The notes beneath the pieces are model-generated. The model was given only the letters and a program-made list of their open reading frames with translations. It had not been told where the DNA came from and did not search any database. 64,000 nucleotides of DNA from Dimorphilus gyrociliatus. Lineage: Eukaryota; Animalia; Annelida. Below are positions 1-14,392 of the stretch, one piece after another. Made by a program: the position numbers and the translations under genes. The stretch covers positions 2,784,165 to 2,848,164 of the forward strand of contig CAJFCJ010000005.1 in the NCBI GenBank assembly GCA_904063045.1, written 5' to 3'. Positions within the stretch are counted from its first letter, which is position 1. Every line of letters begins with the position of its first letter.

Positions 1-367
1 GTCTCCGATCGATTGATATACTGTTGTATCGGACTTTGTCGCGTCAGTTGATATAACAAGCGAAACATGATTTTATTGTCACCCGAAACCAAAATTTTAA
101 GGTCGTATGAAACAGTAAATAGTCTCTTAAAAATGAATAGACGGTTGATGAAGAGAAATCACCCGTATTTCCTGTTATTATATTTCTATATCACAACCGA
201 GTAAAATGAATAAAATACTGTGTTCGCACAGAATATTAAATATTCTACCGGATTTACGGTTATACACGATATATAATAGATTTTAATTAAGCCTACCAAT
301 TACGTTAAGCAAGGAATTATAGTATCCCACATATCTATTATATTTCCTTTTTCGTTTTCCTCAACAG

Positions 368-1570
368 TTACCTATATATTACAAACGTTAGAGATCCGCT
401 TAAAAGGTATCTTAGTGAATGGAAACATACCCAGAGAGGGGCAACTTGGAAAGATTCGTCACTTTTATGCGATGGAAGAGAATATAAAGATTTCATTCAA
501 AAATGCTATGAAGGTAAAGTAAAAGGCGATTGTCTAAATTTTCTTTCTTGTTATTTCTCTTTGTTTTTTTTTCTTTTCTTACATTCGATTCACAATAATT
601 ATGATGCTAAGGAAATTGCCCTTTAAGCAAGCCATATTAGCACGAGACATTAATTAGAGATGACTGTTTAGAATAACTACTAAGAGGCCTTACAACTGTA
701 AAAGCATATGTTTCTTAGTTCCTTTACTGTCTGGCGCATTACAGCAGTTTTTATCGTTTTTTATTATCTTTTCTTTTACAACAATTTATAAAATTCTCCT
801 TTATTATAAATAATTGAACTTAATTCTATTTATCGCAATATATCATATTCCGACTTGCCAATGATAATTGTCAAATTACTTCTACTTTTCAGTAACGCCA
901 TCTTCTTCATTATTAAATATGAGTATTTTTTTTTATATACACAGGGGAAAATTGGATGGGAGTAGGTTTAGAAGAATTCTACTCATGTTCGTACAATTTG
1001 GCGAATAATAGACAAACAAGAATGCTGGCAAATTTGTCCTTAATTAACTGCTACAATTCAAAATTACCGAAAAGCGAAATAGATAATATACTATTAGAAT
1101 CAGCTAAGAAGAACTTACGAGCAATGGCTTACTTCGGACTAACTGAATATCAAATAGAATCTCAATTTCTTTTTGAAAGGACATTTAACGTTAAGTTTTT
1201 GGTGAATTTTCTTACTATAAATAACAGTAGAGCGGATAGGGCTGAAATATCGTCTAAGGACTTAGAGGCAATACACGAAGCCAATGAATTAGACTTTAAA
1301 TTATATGATTATGCCAAAGAACTATTCTTTAAGAGATTCAATCAAATTAAAAAAGATTATTTTATGAAAACTGGTTTAAAATTTAAACCTATTAAAAGTA
1401 TTATAAATAATACAATTCTCGAAGAGATGTTAAATGATTATGGCTCTGATGAAGATGATGTAAATGCAAAAAAGAAAAATGCTCTCTCATTATTAAAGCA
1501 AATGAAAAGACATTTAAAAGTTGATAAGCATATTAAGAAAAAATTGAAGAACTTCCAAGAAACTGATTAG
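368..1570 (+). CDS. HS6ST: Heparan-sulfate 6-O-sulfotransferase, 3' exons (368-513, 945-1570); upstream exons not found in window
   Basis: Exon 368-513 reads YLYITNVRDPLKRYLSEWKHTQRGATWK (3'-PAPS-binding motif of HS6ST). It splices GT-AG in phase to GENWMGVGLEEFYSCSYNLANNRQTRMLA...MAYFGLTEYQ, the typical HS6ST C-terminal half. Confidence 0.9.
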
Positions 1571-2262
1571 TAAAAGTTTATTTAACTTCCTTTATGGTTC
1601 ATTTTCCTGTTTTAGACGATAAAAGGAAGTATTTAAGATATTTTAAATGGAAACCAAAATGATCCATTGTTTTTATTTCGTTAAAGTTTTGTCTCTTTTT
1701 CCGATTAATGTTTTTTTTGCTTTTCCTTTTTTTTAATATTATATAGTTTTTTTTTATTTAATTTGTTATATCTCAAATACAGATTTTTTACAATTCTTTT
1801 TAATAAAAATATATATATGTGTATACTATCTTTGAAAACTTGAATAAGTCTTTCTATTAATCTTCTTTTCCCTCTCCTCCTCCATCTCCTTTATTGGTAA
1901 CGTTCTTTCTTAAGAATCCTATGATTTATGTCTCGGAGTGGCGCTGCAGGTAATGTCAAGGTCGATTTAAAATTAGTTTTTATCACTTTTAAACATGTTT
2001 TAATAACCAAAATACAATATTTACTTTGTTTCTAATTCCGTAGATTATAAAATATCGTAATTCTAAATTAGATGCTAAAAGTATTAAACCTTAGTAAACT
2101 GTATAAGAGCAACTAATATTATGAAATTTGAAAGAGAATTAGATAAAGTCCGGCTCCCCGTTCGATTCCGTTGTCCGCATACCAAGAATTCGATATCCAA
2201 GCTGTCTGCATATATCGAAGGAAAACAAAAGAGGAGACAATACCTTACTAATCGAACCTAAC

Positions 2263-4888
<2,626 letters not shown>

Positions 4889-5057
4889 GAAGAAAACATA
4901 TATTATGTTGTAATTTATGAAAATTTAGTGTTCACTTGATGTTTCTGTCTCAATTAATGCCAAAAATTTTCTTTAACATTTACTCTTTTTTTATATTACA
5001 CTATTTATTACACTGCGAATAATATTATTATATAATTCTACAACTATTCGAACAAAT

Positions 5058-5098
5058 GGGGAGATAGAGAGGGAGACAGGGAGGCGGGGGGAGGGGGG
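5058..5098 (+). other. G-rich purine tract with canonical G-quadruplex pattern
   Basis: GGGG agatagaga GGG agaca GGG aggc GGGGGG a GGGGGG inside very AT-rich non-coding DNA downstream of KIF3A. Confidence 0.5.
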
Positions 5099-5860
5099 AG
5101 AGCAAGATAGAAGAAGGGAGTAACAACGAAAACAACGTGTAAAAACAAAAAAACAAGAAGAAATTAAAGCTTTGATACTAATCAATAACAATGCAAATGA
5201 TTAAACTGTGAGCTAAATCCTAACAAACAATTGTAAACTGATTGATTATAAATAAAAAAGAACTTGAGCTTAATTATCCTATACCGGCTGATAATTTGTT
5301 TAATAAGATAAACTCCAATCTGTGTAAAGTTAAGTTTAGTTAAGATAATAGTAAAAATAAAACTATACAAATCAGTTTACCTATGCATTTCGTATGGTGT
5401 ACTTATTAGGAAATTATGATTATTATATAATATTTACAGTATATATACTTGTTAATATATTCAATCTATTGTAAATATAGGCACACTTTTCTAGGAAACT
5501 ATCCAAGAATGTTTTGATTATTTAATCTTTAATAAGAAATTATATAATTATTACATTGTATAGAATATATAATGAATGGCACAAAAGACTTTTCCAAGAT
5601 ACACATACAATAAAATGTGTAACTTTGACATACTGTAATTTATATATACTATATGTCCCACTTGATTAATATTTAAATAGGTCAGAGTTATAGATTCTAC
5701 ATATACTTTCACTAGAGGTTACCCTTTGGCAATGACAAAAAAATATTCCGAAACCTTTGTTCCCAGTCTATTTGAATAGAAAGATAAATAATTTTACATT
5801 TGAATATATCGTAGAACATGACGTTCTTTTCACTTTTACTAAAGAGATAAATAGATAAAA

Positions 5861-6475
5861 TATATACAGTATATATATATATATATATATCAATATTAAA
5901 GACAAAAAGAGGAAAAGTAACTAAAAAGTGTTAGAAAGTGATAGAAAGAAAGAATAAATAAAATATAAAAGATATATTTAATTAATAAATATTAAAGAGG
6001 TCAGTGATCGAACAATTATTCCCATCTTTATTCTTGACCGATAACTTTTTAAATAATTAGACGTAATATACAATAATTAATCATATATTTTAAATATACA
6101 ACTGAGATATCTGTTATTATCAGATTACTTTACTCCGTAAATACATATATATATATATATAAACATATACATATATATATATATATAAATAATTTTTATA
6201 ATTACAAACAATTGCCATTACCTACATTAGTATATAAATTAAAACAAAAAAAATTGATAAATAAGTCCTTGGACTTTTATACAATCACCTTTACATTTAA
6301 AATTTTCTATTTTTTTAATAGGTGTAAGAGAACGCTAAAGATAATCTTTAAGTTTAACAAAAAAAAAATTGATAATAAAAAAAAAACTTACGGTATATAT
6401 GAATAAATTAACTCAATTTATTATTTTGGGTGTAGATTAAAGAGAGACATATTATATATATATATATATATATAT
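5861..6475. repeat. Cluster of (TA)n microsatellites in the KIF3A-GS intergenic region
   Basis: (TA)n runs at about 5861-5890, 6145-6190 and 6443-6475. Confidence 0.85.
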
Positions 6476-7037
6476 GTTTAATTTTGTTTTTTTTTATTAA
6501 AAAACAACAAATAAAAAAAATTGTTTTTTTATACTAACAACAATAATAACAATAGTAAAGTTTATACATTTCTATTAATTATATATGTATAGTATACACT
6601 TATATGTAATTATATATACATTCATATACATTTATCACTTTTACAATGTTTTTATGTCTCTATTCAACTATTAAAAGAATAGAAACAGAAGAAACAGTCG
6701 TTTTTTTTTGTTCCTATTATCTTTACTCTTATCATATTAATTTTCGAAAGCTTTATTTAAGTGCTGAAAAGTTTACCTATAAAAGTCAATTATTTTATGT
6801 ATTCTTCTTACTCATAGACCTTTTTAGGTAATTGTCTTTGACCTAGTTTTTATATAATTAGAAACGAATTAAGAATTGAACGCTATTAATTTTTACTTCT
6901 AAGTAAATTCTAAGATAACGTAGTTGGGTAGACTATCAGATAAAATTGATTATTATTCGATAAGGGAAAGTACATCTTTTATTCAGGTTCAATAAACTAT
7001 TTAACAGGCGTATTATCAATGTATATTCTCTACGTTG

Positions 7038-7085
7038 ATTGGCTGGAAGGTGAGCTGCAGATGAGTATATTAACAAGTATAAAAG
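7038..7085 (+). promoter_or_regulatory. Candidate core promoter of glutamine synthetase (inverted CCAAT plus TATA box)
   Basis: ATTGG at 7038-7042 and TATAAAAG at 7078-7085, about 115 nt upstream of the ATG at 7200. Confidence 0.4.
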
Positions 7086-7199
7086 TTGAGGGCGTTGAAA
7101 AGAAACAAAAGTTCTCTTTTATTTAAAACAGATCTTAGCTAGTAGAAACCTTTCTTCAGGTTCTTTCATCTTCTTCAGTTTTTATAAAATATAACAAAT

Positions 7200-8678
7200 A
7201 TGAGTTTTCGAGGAAAAACCGACAAGAGAATCTTGGAACACTACCTGAACCTGGAACAACCGGAAGGCGTATATCAGGTATGAATTCACTAAATAATATA
7301 CATTTGTAGGTCTATTAAAAAGATGTTTAAATAAAAATTTTCATTTAAATTAGGTCATGTATGTATGGATTGATGGTACAGGCGAACATATGAGATGTAA
7401 AACCAAAACCATGGAAAAGGAACCAATAGTTCCCGAAGGTAAATAAAAACACATACAAAGAAAGGAAAAAACATATCTAATCAAATAATTTATATATTTA
7501 ACAATATAGATTGTCCCATATGGAACTTTGACGGATCATCAACCGGTCAGGCCGAAGGTTCAAACAGTGATGTGTACCTTAAACCAGTCAAACTATTCAG
7601 AGATCCTTTTAGGAGAAAGGGAAATAAACTATTGTTATGTGAAACATACAAATATAACATGACACCAACAGGTTACATAAATTATTCAAATGTTATATAA
7701 TCTATTATAATTTTTGGTCTATATTACAGATACGAACTTGAGAAAGTCATGTGTAGAAGTAATGAATAAAGCAAGCGAAGCTTATCCATGGTTCGGTATC
7801 GAACAAGAATACACATTGATGGATTTGGATGGTCATCCTTTCGGATGGCCCAAGGGTGGTTATCCCGGTCCCCAAGGTGAATATTTTATTCCCCTCTATT
7901 TAAGTCTGATATTGTCTACTCTTATCTTTAAATATGACTGACTACACAATTTATCATTGAAAAAAACGTGATCGCTTCATGCGTGGAATTTGTACTTTAA
8001 CACTGAAATTCATTAGACTCAAGTTCAATGTTCAATAAATTTTTCTCTTTTTTTACTATAGGTCCTTATTATTGTGGTGTTGGAGCTGATAAAGTTTACG
8101 GAAGAGATATTGTCGAGGCTCATTACAAGGCCTGCTTATATGCTGGTATCAAAATTAGTGGAACAAATGCCGAAGTTATGCCAGCACAATGGGAATTTCA
8201 AGTCGGACCTTGCGAAGGTATTGAAATGGGAGATCAACTTTGGATGGCAAGATTCCTTTTACATAGAGTTGCCGAAGATTTTGGAGTAAAAGTTTCATTC
8301 GATCCAAAACCAATGCCTGGCGATTGGAATGGTGCAGGTGCTCATTGTAATTATAGTACGGTTGAGATGCGTCAACCTGGCGGTATTAAAATAATTGAAA
8401 AGGCAATTGAGAGGATGTCAAAGAGACATAAGGAGCATATTCAATATTATGATCCAAAGAACGGTAGAGATAACGAAAGACGTCTTACCGGCCTTCACGA
8501 AACTAGTTCTATTCACGATTTTTCGGCTGGAGTAGCGAATAGAGCTTGTTCAATTAGAATACCAAGACAAGTTGGAGAAGAAGGTCACGGTTACTTAGAA
8601 GATAGACGACCTAGCTCCAATTGCGATCCTTACGCCGTTACCGAGATTATCGTCAGGACTACTGTTCTAGAAGAGTAA
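7200..8678 (+). CDS. GLUL: Glutamine synthetase type II (eukaryotic), 5 exons
   Basis: Exons read [98 protein letters not shown] and [14 protein letters not shown]; all introns are GT-AG. Confidence 0.97.
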
Positions 8679-8984
8679 ATACTCCTATGAACTTTTTTTT
8701 TTTATATCACTATTTAAGTATTCGTGAACATATCTATTTAAGCTTTATTTTTCAATCATAAAAAAGAGAAAAAAAACGAAATTAAATGACGACAAAGCGA
8801 CAAAATATATTCATATAAATATATTTCTAATAAATATTTCTTTCTTTGAAATAACATTAGATTACCAAATTAATTGTTGTTCATTATTATTTTTAGTTCA
8901 AGTAGGCCTATCATATATTATTTAATAAATAATATGTCATTTAAAGTATTGAAATAAATTTAAATTAAGAGAATAATTAATGTT

Positions 8985-9024
8985 TTAAATATATATCTAT
9001 ATATATATATATTTATATATACAG

Positions 9025-9055
<31 letters not shown>

Positions 9056-9090
9056 ATATATATGCATATACTGTATATATACAGTATACA
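8985..9090. repeat. (TA)n microsatellite interrupted by CAG/CTG
   Basis: Long TA run with TACAGTA (9020-9026, 9080-9086) and TACTGTA (9069-9075). Confidence 0.85.
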
Positions 9091-9131
9091 ATTTTCATAC
9101 TAATAGATTAATAAGATAAACAACTTTTATT

Positions 9132-10619
9132 ATGAAAGTTCGACCTGAATTTGGTAATCTTCAAGTTCCAAATAACTACCTACAAAGCTTACAACAGCAG
9201 CAATTACGTCCAACTTTATGTATGCCATCTACTGGATACTGCTGCACAACTTGTTGCTATTCAAATCAACAACCGATTGTTCTTCTTCAACCTATTCTTC
9301 CATGTTGGACTAAATCCGATGCTGATAAAAAGAAAGCTGCTGAAAATAACAAAGGAGAAAAGGATAAAGTTCCTATTATTGTCTCTGACAAGGTTAAACT
9401 CGGGAGCAAAGAGGCTCCTCTCGATATTCAGGACGCACTTAATCAGGTTTAATTAGGGACAAATTATTAACATTAATAATTTATCAATGCTTTAAAAGAA
9501 AAAAATATAGAGAAACACAAAGATTACTTTGTCTAGTTTGTCCTTATCTTTTATTATATATTTTATCCCTCCCTTTCTGTATTTTATCTCAATCTCTATC
9601 TCTATTTTTAGAACACAAAAAAAGGCACAAATTCAAAAAAAACTGTTTATAAACAAGTCAGTATTTATAAGTATTATCTCTTGTTTTTTTTATCTATTTG
9701 TTGTTTTTCCTTTAATTATTACTATTTTTTTAAAACAAAAATGAAATAGACAAAAGAGGTAAAAGTTGGCGGTAAATGTTCAATTTCCGGTAAAACTATA
9801 GAACCATTTATTTCGAAAAAGAATTCAACTGTTTTATATAAATTTAAAAAAGAGAATAAAAATGATTGCGTTGAATCAGAATGCTGTAAACGTTGTTGTT
9901 GTTGTCAAAAACGTCAAAAGAAATCAATAACTGTAAATAATGTCGAAAACGGTGACGAATCGTACAACATCACCGAAGAAAACGATGAAGACGAAGAGGA
10001 CGTTAGAGACAAGACTAATGGTCGGGATAATTCACACGTCGAGCGTCGAGGAGGAGAAAATGAAATAGACGAAGAGGAAGGTGAGGAAGAAGAAGAAGAG
10101 GATGAGGAGGGAGAGGAGGAAGAAGTCGAGGAAGAAGAAGTAGAGGAAGAAGAAGAAGAAGAAGCAGAAGACGACATTATGGACAGTTATCAAGAGTTTA
10201 GTGAAAAGCAATCGAAGAAAACGTCGAAATCGGCTAAAGAATATTTAGATGATTTTGGCGCGATAATTTCAAACGATCAATCGCTGTCGAAAAAACCGTT
10301 AAAAATACCAAAAAAGTATGCTCCTATTCCTCCAGTTAGACAATCACTTAAGAAAATGACACCCTCTTTCTCCAACTCTCAAAAAGAATCTACAGATAAT
10401 AATAAAGTACAAGAAATTAAGAAATCTTTCAAAGCATCAAAATTCCCATCTCAAAGTCGCAAAATGTCGAATAGTCAAAATAAAATGACCAATACCGAAC
10501 CGGAAGTTGATAATAGTCCCAAAGAAAAATCAAATAAAAATCGATCTAAATCGAAAAAGACGGAAATAAGGAAACTATCACGTGATATAATTAATTATTT
10601 ACCTAATTTTCAAATATAA
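9132..10619 (+). CDS. Orphan two-exon protein (~394 aa): Cys/Gln-rich N-terminus, CCKRCCCC motif, long poly-Glu tract, Ser/Lys-rich tail
   Basis: ORF 9132-9446 ends CAG|gtttaa. The acceptor aaatag|ACA at 9750 opens a stop-free frame that runs through the poly-Glu tract into the ORF-track 10179-10619 ORF (same frame, phase 0). Confidence 0.6.
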
Positions 10620-10944
10620 ATTACAAAAAAAATATTACTAAATTAAGAAACAATATGCAACAAGTTGTATTAAATTTAATAAAAATCAAATATCCTTTTT
10701 TATTTTTCATTTGTTAATCGGAGAATTTAGACAAAATTAATCTACAATTTTGTACTAGTATATGTCCACCAAAATGGACGACGATAATTTAAATTGAATC
10801 AGTTTTGTTAAATAAAAAAAAAATGATTGCAAACAAGTTATTTGATTAGTGATCTTTCCTCTCTATGTTTGTTTTGTTTGTTTTTTTTTTTTTAGTGATT
10901 ATCTATCATTTTAATAGAGTATCTTTCAAGTTAGTATTAAGAAA

Positions 10945-12501
10945 TTAAATAGCCAAGGCCTTAATCTTTCTACTTTTCTTTTTAAAAGCATATAGAATAG
11001 GCGCTTTCATATCTATAGTAACTAATATTTGGTCATTAATATTATCCTCTCTAGTTAATATTTCTCTGATACGTGTAAAATTAGTATCATATAGAGATAG
11101 TGTACAGTCATTTCTATCCATTAAGAAAAACTCGTCGCAAAATGTAGAATTCGACACTAATAAATAGGTAGATTCTATAGTTTTCAAGTACGAACCGTCA
11201 ACTAGGGATATAAGACTCAAGTTATTCTTTGAACGAACGATGGCAATGTTATCAGTGCAAGATATATCGGTTGGGTTTGCATATTTGGGATCGTTATTTT
11301 CGGTTTTCCATTTCCGAGTGCAATTATGCAAATAGCACGATACAGTATTTTCGGTTGTATCCGTAACTATGATGCATTCCGAAGCGAATGAATAACATAG
11401 TCCATAAGGATTTTTCAAACGATCAACGAGTATCTCTCTTCTTTCGCATTCCCCTTGACGTAATTGAAGTATTTTATTATCTTCGCCATCTATTAGTACA
11501 ATTCCAATTGAATCGTGGGCTAATTGCTGAACTCTACCAGACCAGATATGCTTAGCTTGTTTGTCATTTTGATTATCCAGTAATTGTATACTGTATAATT
11601 TTTTGCTTGTCGCAAAGTAAAGAATGCCATCGTACGCATGTGCAACATGAATTTTTTCTTTTATCTCCTTATCAAAGATATATTTAATATTTTTTGTACT
11701 TAGACCATTATTACTGCTAACCATTACCCAATCATCTTTTGCCGAATCAACGTTAAAAACACGAAGATCTCCAAGTACTGGCGATTCGTCGCTGGGTGTG
11801 AATTCGAAGTTTTCAACAGATATTTCACAAGTATCCTCTAGTTTCGATTTTAATTGTTCCAAATTCGAAATTAAATCCGGTAGATGCTCAGTTATATAGC
11901 AAGTATTTGGAGAGTTTAGTTTCAAATCTTCAAGTCTACTTTTAATGCTTAGTAAAGATGCTCTATGTATATTAACTTTATCTTCTCTGTCGGAGAGTTC
12001 CGCTTTCTGAGAATGATAAGATTGCTCGAGATCTTGTAATACATTTTCGTAATTTTCCGTTAATTTTTTCATATCCATTTCGTATTTTGCAGTTATAGCA
12101 ATACGCCCTCTGTTGCAATTATCGTCCAATTGCTTTTTTGCCTCCTTTACTTCTTGCGAACATTTTGCCATTCGGTCAATTAACGGTTTAGTCGTGTCGA
12201 TTGTATGTTGAACATTTTCTTTTTGCAGTCTAAATTCATCGATATTAGCGCATTCGATTTCTTTAATAACTGTATTTCCTGGAAATTCAATTGAGTTTAG
12301 ATCATAAAACAATGATAGTCTCTCCGCTTTGTCAGATGACGTTGGTGATATAGATTCAAGTCTGTTGGGCGTAGATGATTTTACAGAGCCAGGTGGAAAA
12401 TTTTCAACATTAACATTGTTTTGATTCGTGACTTCAGTATAATTGCTTGATAATAGCGTTTTCTTTTTGGAGTCGTACGATAAATTATTCCAATCAGTCA
12501 T
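10945..12501 (-). CDS. Intronless coiled-coil + NHL-type beta-propeller protein (TRIM-NHL-like C-terminal half, no RING/B-box), 518 aa
   Basis: Heptad-rich central region, then NHL-like repeats LKNPYGLCYSFASECIIVTDTTENTV and YANPTDISCTDNIAIV. Confidence 0.6.
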   Translation of the reverse strand: MTDWNNLSYDSKKKTLLSSNYTEVTNQNNVNVENFPPGSVKSSTPNRLESISPTSSDKAERLSLFYDLNSIEFPGNTVIKEIECANIDEFRLQKENVQHTIDTTKPLIDRMAKCSQEVKEAKKQLDDNCNRGRIAITAKYEMDMKKLTENYENVLQDLEQSYHSQKAELSDREDKVNIHRASLLSIKSRLEDLKLNSPNTCYITEHLPDLISNLEQLKSKLEDTCEISVENFEFTPSDESPVLGDLRVFNVDSAKDDWVMVSSNNGLSTKNIKYIFDKEIKEKIHVAHAYDGILYFATSKKLYSIQLLDNQNDKQAKHIWSGRVQQLAHDSIGIVLIDGEDNKILQLRQGECERREILVDRLKNPYGLCYSFASECIIVTDTTENTVSCYLHNCTRKWKTENNDPKYANPTDISCTDNIAIVRSKNNLSLISLVDGSYLKTIESTYLLVSNSTFCDEFFLMDRNDCTLSLYDTNFTRIREILTREDNINDQILVTIDMKAPILYAFKKKSRKIKALAI

Positions 12502-12642
12502 ATTTAGGTTCAGATGTTTTTCTATGCGATCTATTTACCCTCGTTAATAGGCCTAAAAGGTAAAAATCCCTCTAATTCTATTTGCTAGAGTCAAAACAAC
12601 ATGTCTGCAAAATAGTAGACTGAGCGACATTAAAACGATTTT

Positions 12643-12658
12643 AAGATGGCGCCACCTA
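12643..12658. promoter_or_regulatory. Overlapping CTCF-like/YY1-like motifs between divergent genes
   Basis: AAGATGGCGCCACCTA: AAGATGGCGC on + and TAGGTGGCGC on -, lying between the ATGs at 12501 (-) and 12931 (+). Confidence 0.5.
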
Positions 12659-12930
12659 CCATAAAATCAAAAGTTTAAATATCGCTTAAAAAATATATAT
12701 TCTATTGTCCATAACTGTAAAGTATATCTATGTTATATCGATTTATTGCAATAAAAAAAATGGCAAAATTGCTATTTCAAGTTATTGTTACGAGCAAATA
12801 GTTTCCTTCAACGACATCTATGGGTATGGAATAAATGATACATCATTGATCTATTTAAATAAATTTGATTATCTATATTATTATTGCCATTATTAACTAA
12901 TTGATCCTTTTTAATATAAATCCTATTACA

Positions 12931-13907
12931 ATGGAAACTGAATTTCGTAGAAGATTAACCGTAGTTAATAATGATAATAAAGAAACAATGAGAAGATTGT
13001 CCACATCTCCATCACCAATTTTAAGAAGAAATTACGTGTATAAGAATAATGGCGATGAACATTCACCTAACAGAGTAGATAGTAGGCAAATTTTTCGAGA
13101 TGTTGACAGTATTAGACCTAATATAGATGTTGAATCAGACAAAGAAACTAACAGCAGAAGTTAGTATATTAAAAAAATATGTAAGTTGATTAAGCGATTG
13201 ACTATATTTTATACAAGGTTATAAGAATGGGAGGGAAATATTTAAAAATAATATTTTCCTTAATGATTACGACTTTAAAAAAGAAATGGAGATGAAAAAC
13301 AACTATTTACTAGCAAAAGTTCATATTGATGCAAAATCAACAATACGGACAAAAGATGAAATACAATATTTAATAGACAAAGCTAAAACTCAATATTATT
13401 ATTATGAATTTTCACCATTAAATCAATATTTACAAATTCAAGAGTTAAAGAAAAATATAGAAGAAGCTGTTATTATTTCAGAAAGATTGCATAACAATTT
13501 ACCAGAAATTGAAATAAAAATTGACGATATAATTTCTAGATCAGGTTTTATAAGTTAAAACAATATTATTAATGGTTAAAAGTATTAGACAGATACAATA
13601 AATAAATATAACAATTTAGATAATCAAGTACCCACTTCCGGTGATGAGAAAGCGAATTTAGAATCAGAAATTCAACATAGGCCAAAACCATTTATAAAGC
13701 GATATATTAATAAGCTAAAAAACAAATATTATGGTATTAATGGTTTAGATTTTGTAAGTAGAAATTTCCTTTTCTTATTTAAAATAGAACAAAAGGATAA
13801 TTATTCATAATTTCCCATTTCTGTTTTTTTTTCTATTGACATATAAACGAAAACAAACAGCTTCAACGTTTAATTTCGAAGAAGAAGAATTTTCTAAAAA
13901 CAAGTAA
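12931..13907 (+). CDS. Orphan multi-exon protein (~240 aa), unknown function
   Basis: Four phase-compatible exons joined by GT-AG introns (approx. 12931-13160, 13218-13549, 13620-13741, 13861-13907). They include ORF-track ORFs 12901-13164 and 13286-13558. No recognisable domain. Confidence 0.45.
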
Positions 13908-14392
13908 AAAGTTTATTTCTTTCGTTAATATAAAAAAAAAGAAATGATGACTATGCATTTATTTATTTACACAAATTATGATATTAAATTACAATTTAAA
14001 TCTTTTTTTCCTTATCTCTTCTCAAGCTTGTTTTCCTTTTATTTACGTAAACAATTTACTAATAATTACTTACTTCTTTCGTTTTCGTTATTTATTTCTT
14101 CAATTTGGAATTTTTTTTTTAATTAAACTTGAAATTTTATTTTTTTAAAAAAAAAAGAAAAAAAAACTAAAGTTTTGTTCTACAAAAAAGAAAAAGATCA
14201 GTGCTTTTTTTTCTATAACAGTGTAAAGTGATCGTGTGTTGGTAAACTATTCATTCCATTGCTAGTTTGCATATGTTTATAACCATTAACTAATTCTTCT
14301 TCGTCTTCGCTTACTTCGTACCTGTAATGTGTTGACAAATAATTAGATATTACATTTTAATTATTTAAATGCTGGAAAATTATTCATTCTTC

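Noticed and set aside
1928-1960. Alternative KIF3A first exon MSRSGAAGNVK
   Set aside because: Needs a weak donor (gtcgat) and a longer intron. ATG ACG|gtaata at 2263 with a typical 56-nt intron fits better, though the alternative is not excluded.
2145-2180. tRNA-like GTTCGATTCC T-loop sequence
   Set aside because: No acceptor stem, D-arm or anticodon arm can be formed around it.
9151-9456. 101-aa ORF overlapping the orphan exon in another frame
   Set aside because: No motif or splice support; most likely a shadow frame.
9529-9744. Hydrophobic 71-aa ORF
   Set aside because: Lies inside the inferred intron 9447-9749; T-rich sequence produces pseudo-TM peptides.
9914-10177. Poly-Ser ORF on minus strand
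   Set aside because: Antisense reading of the poly-Glu (GAA/GAG) tract.
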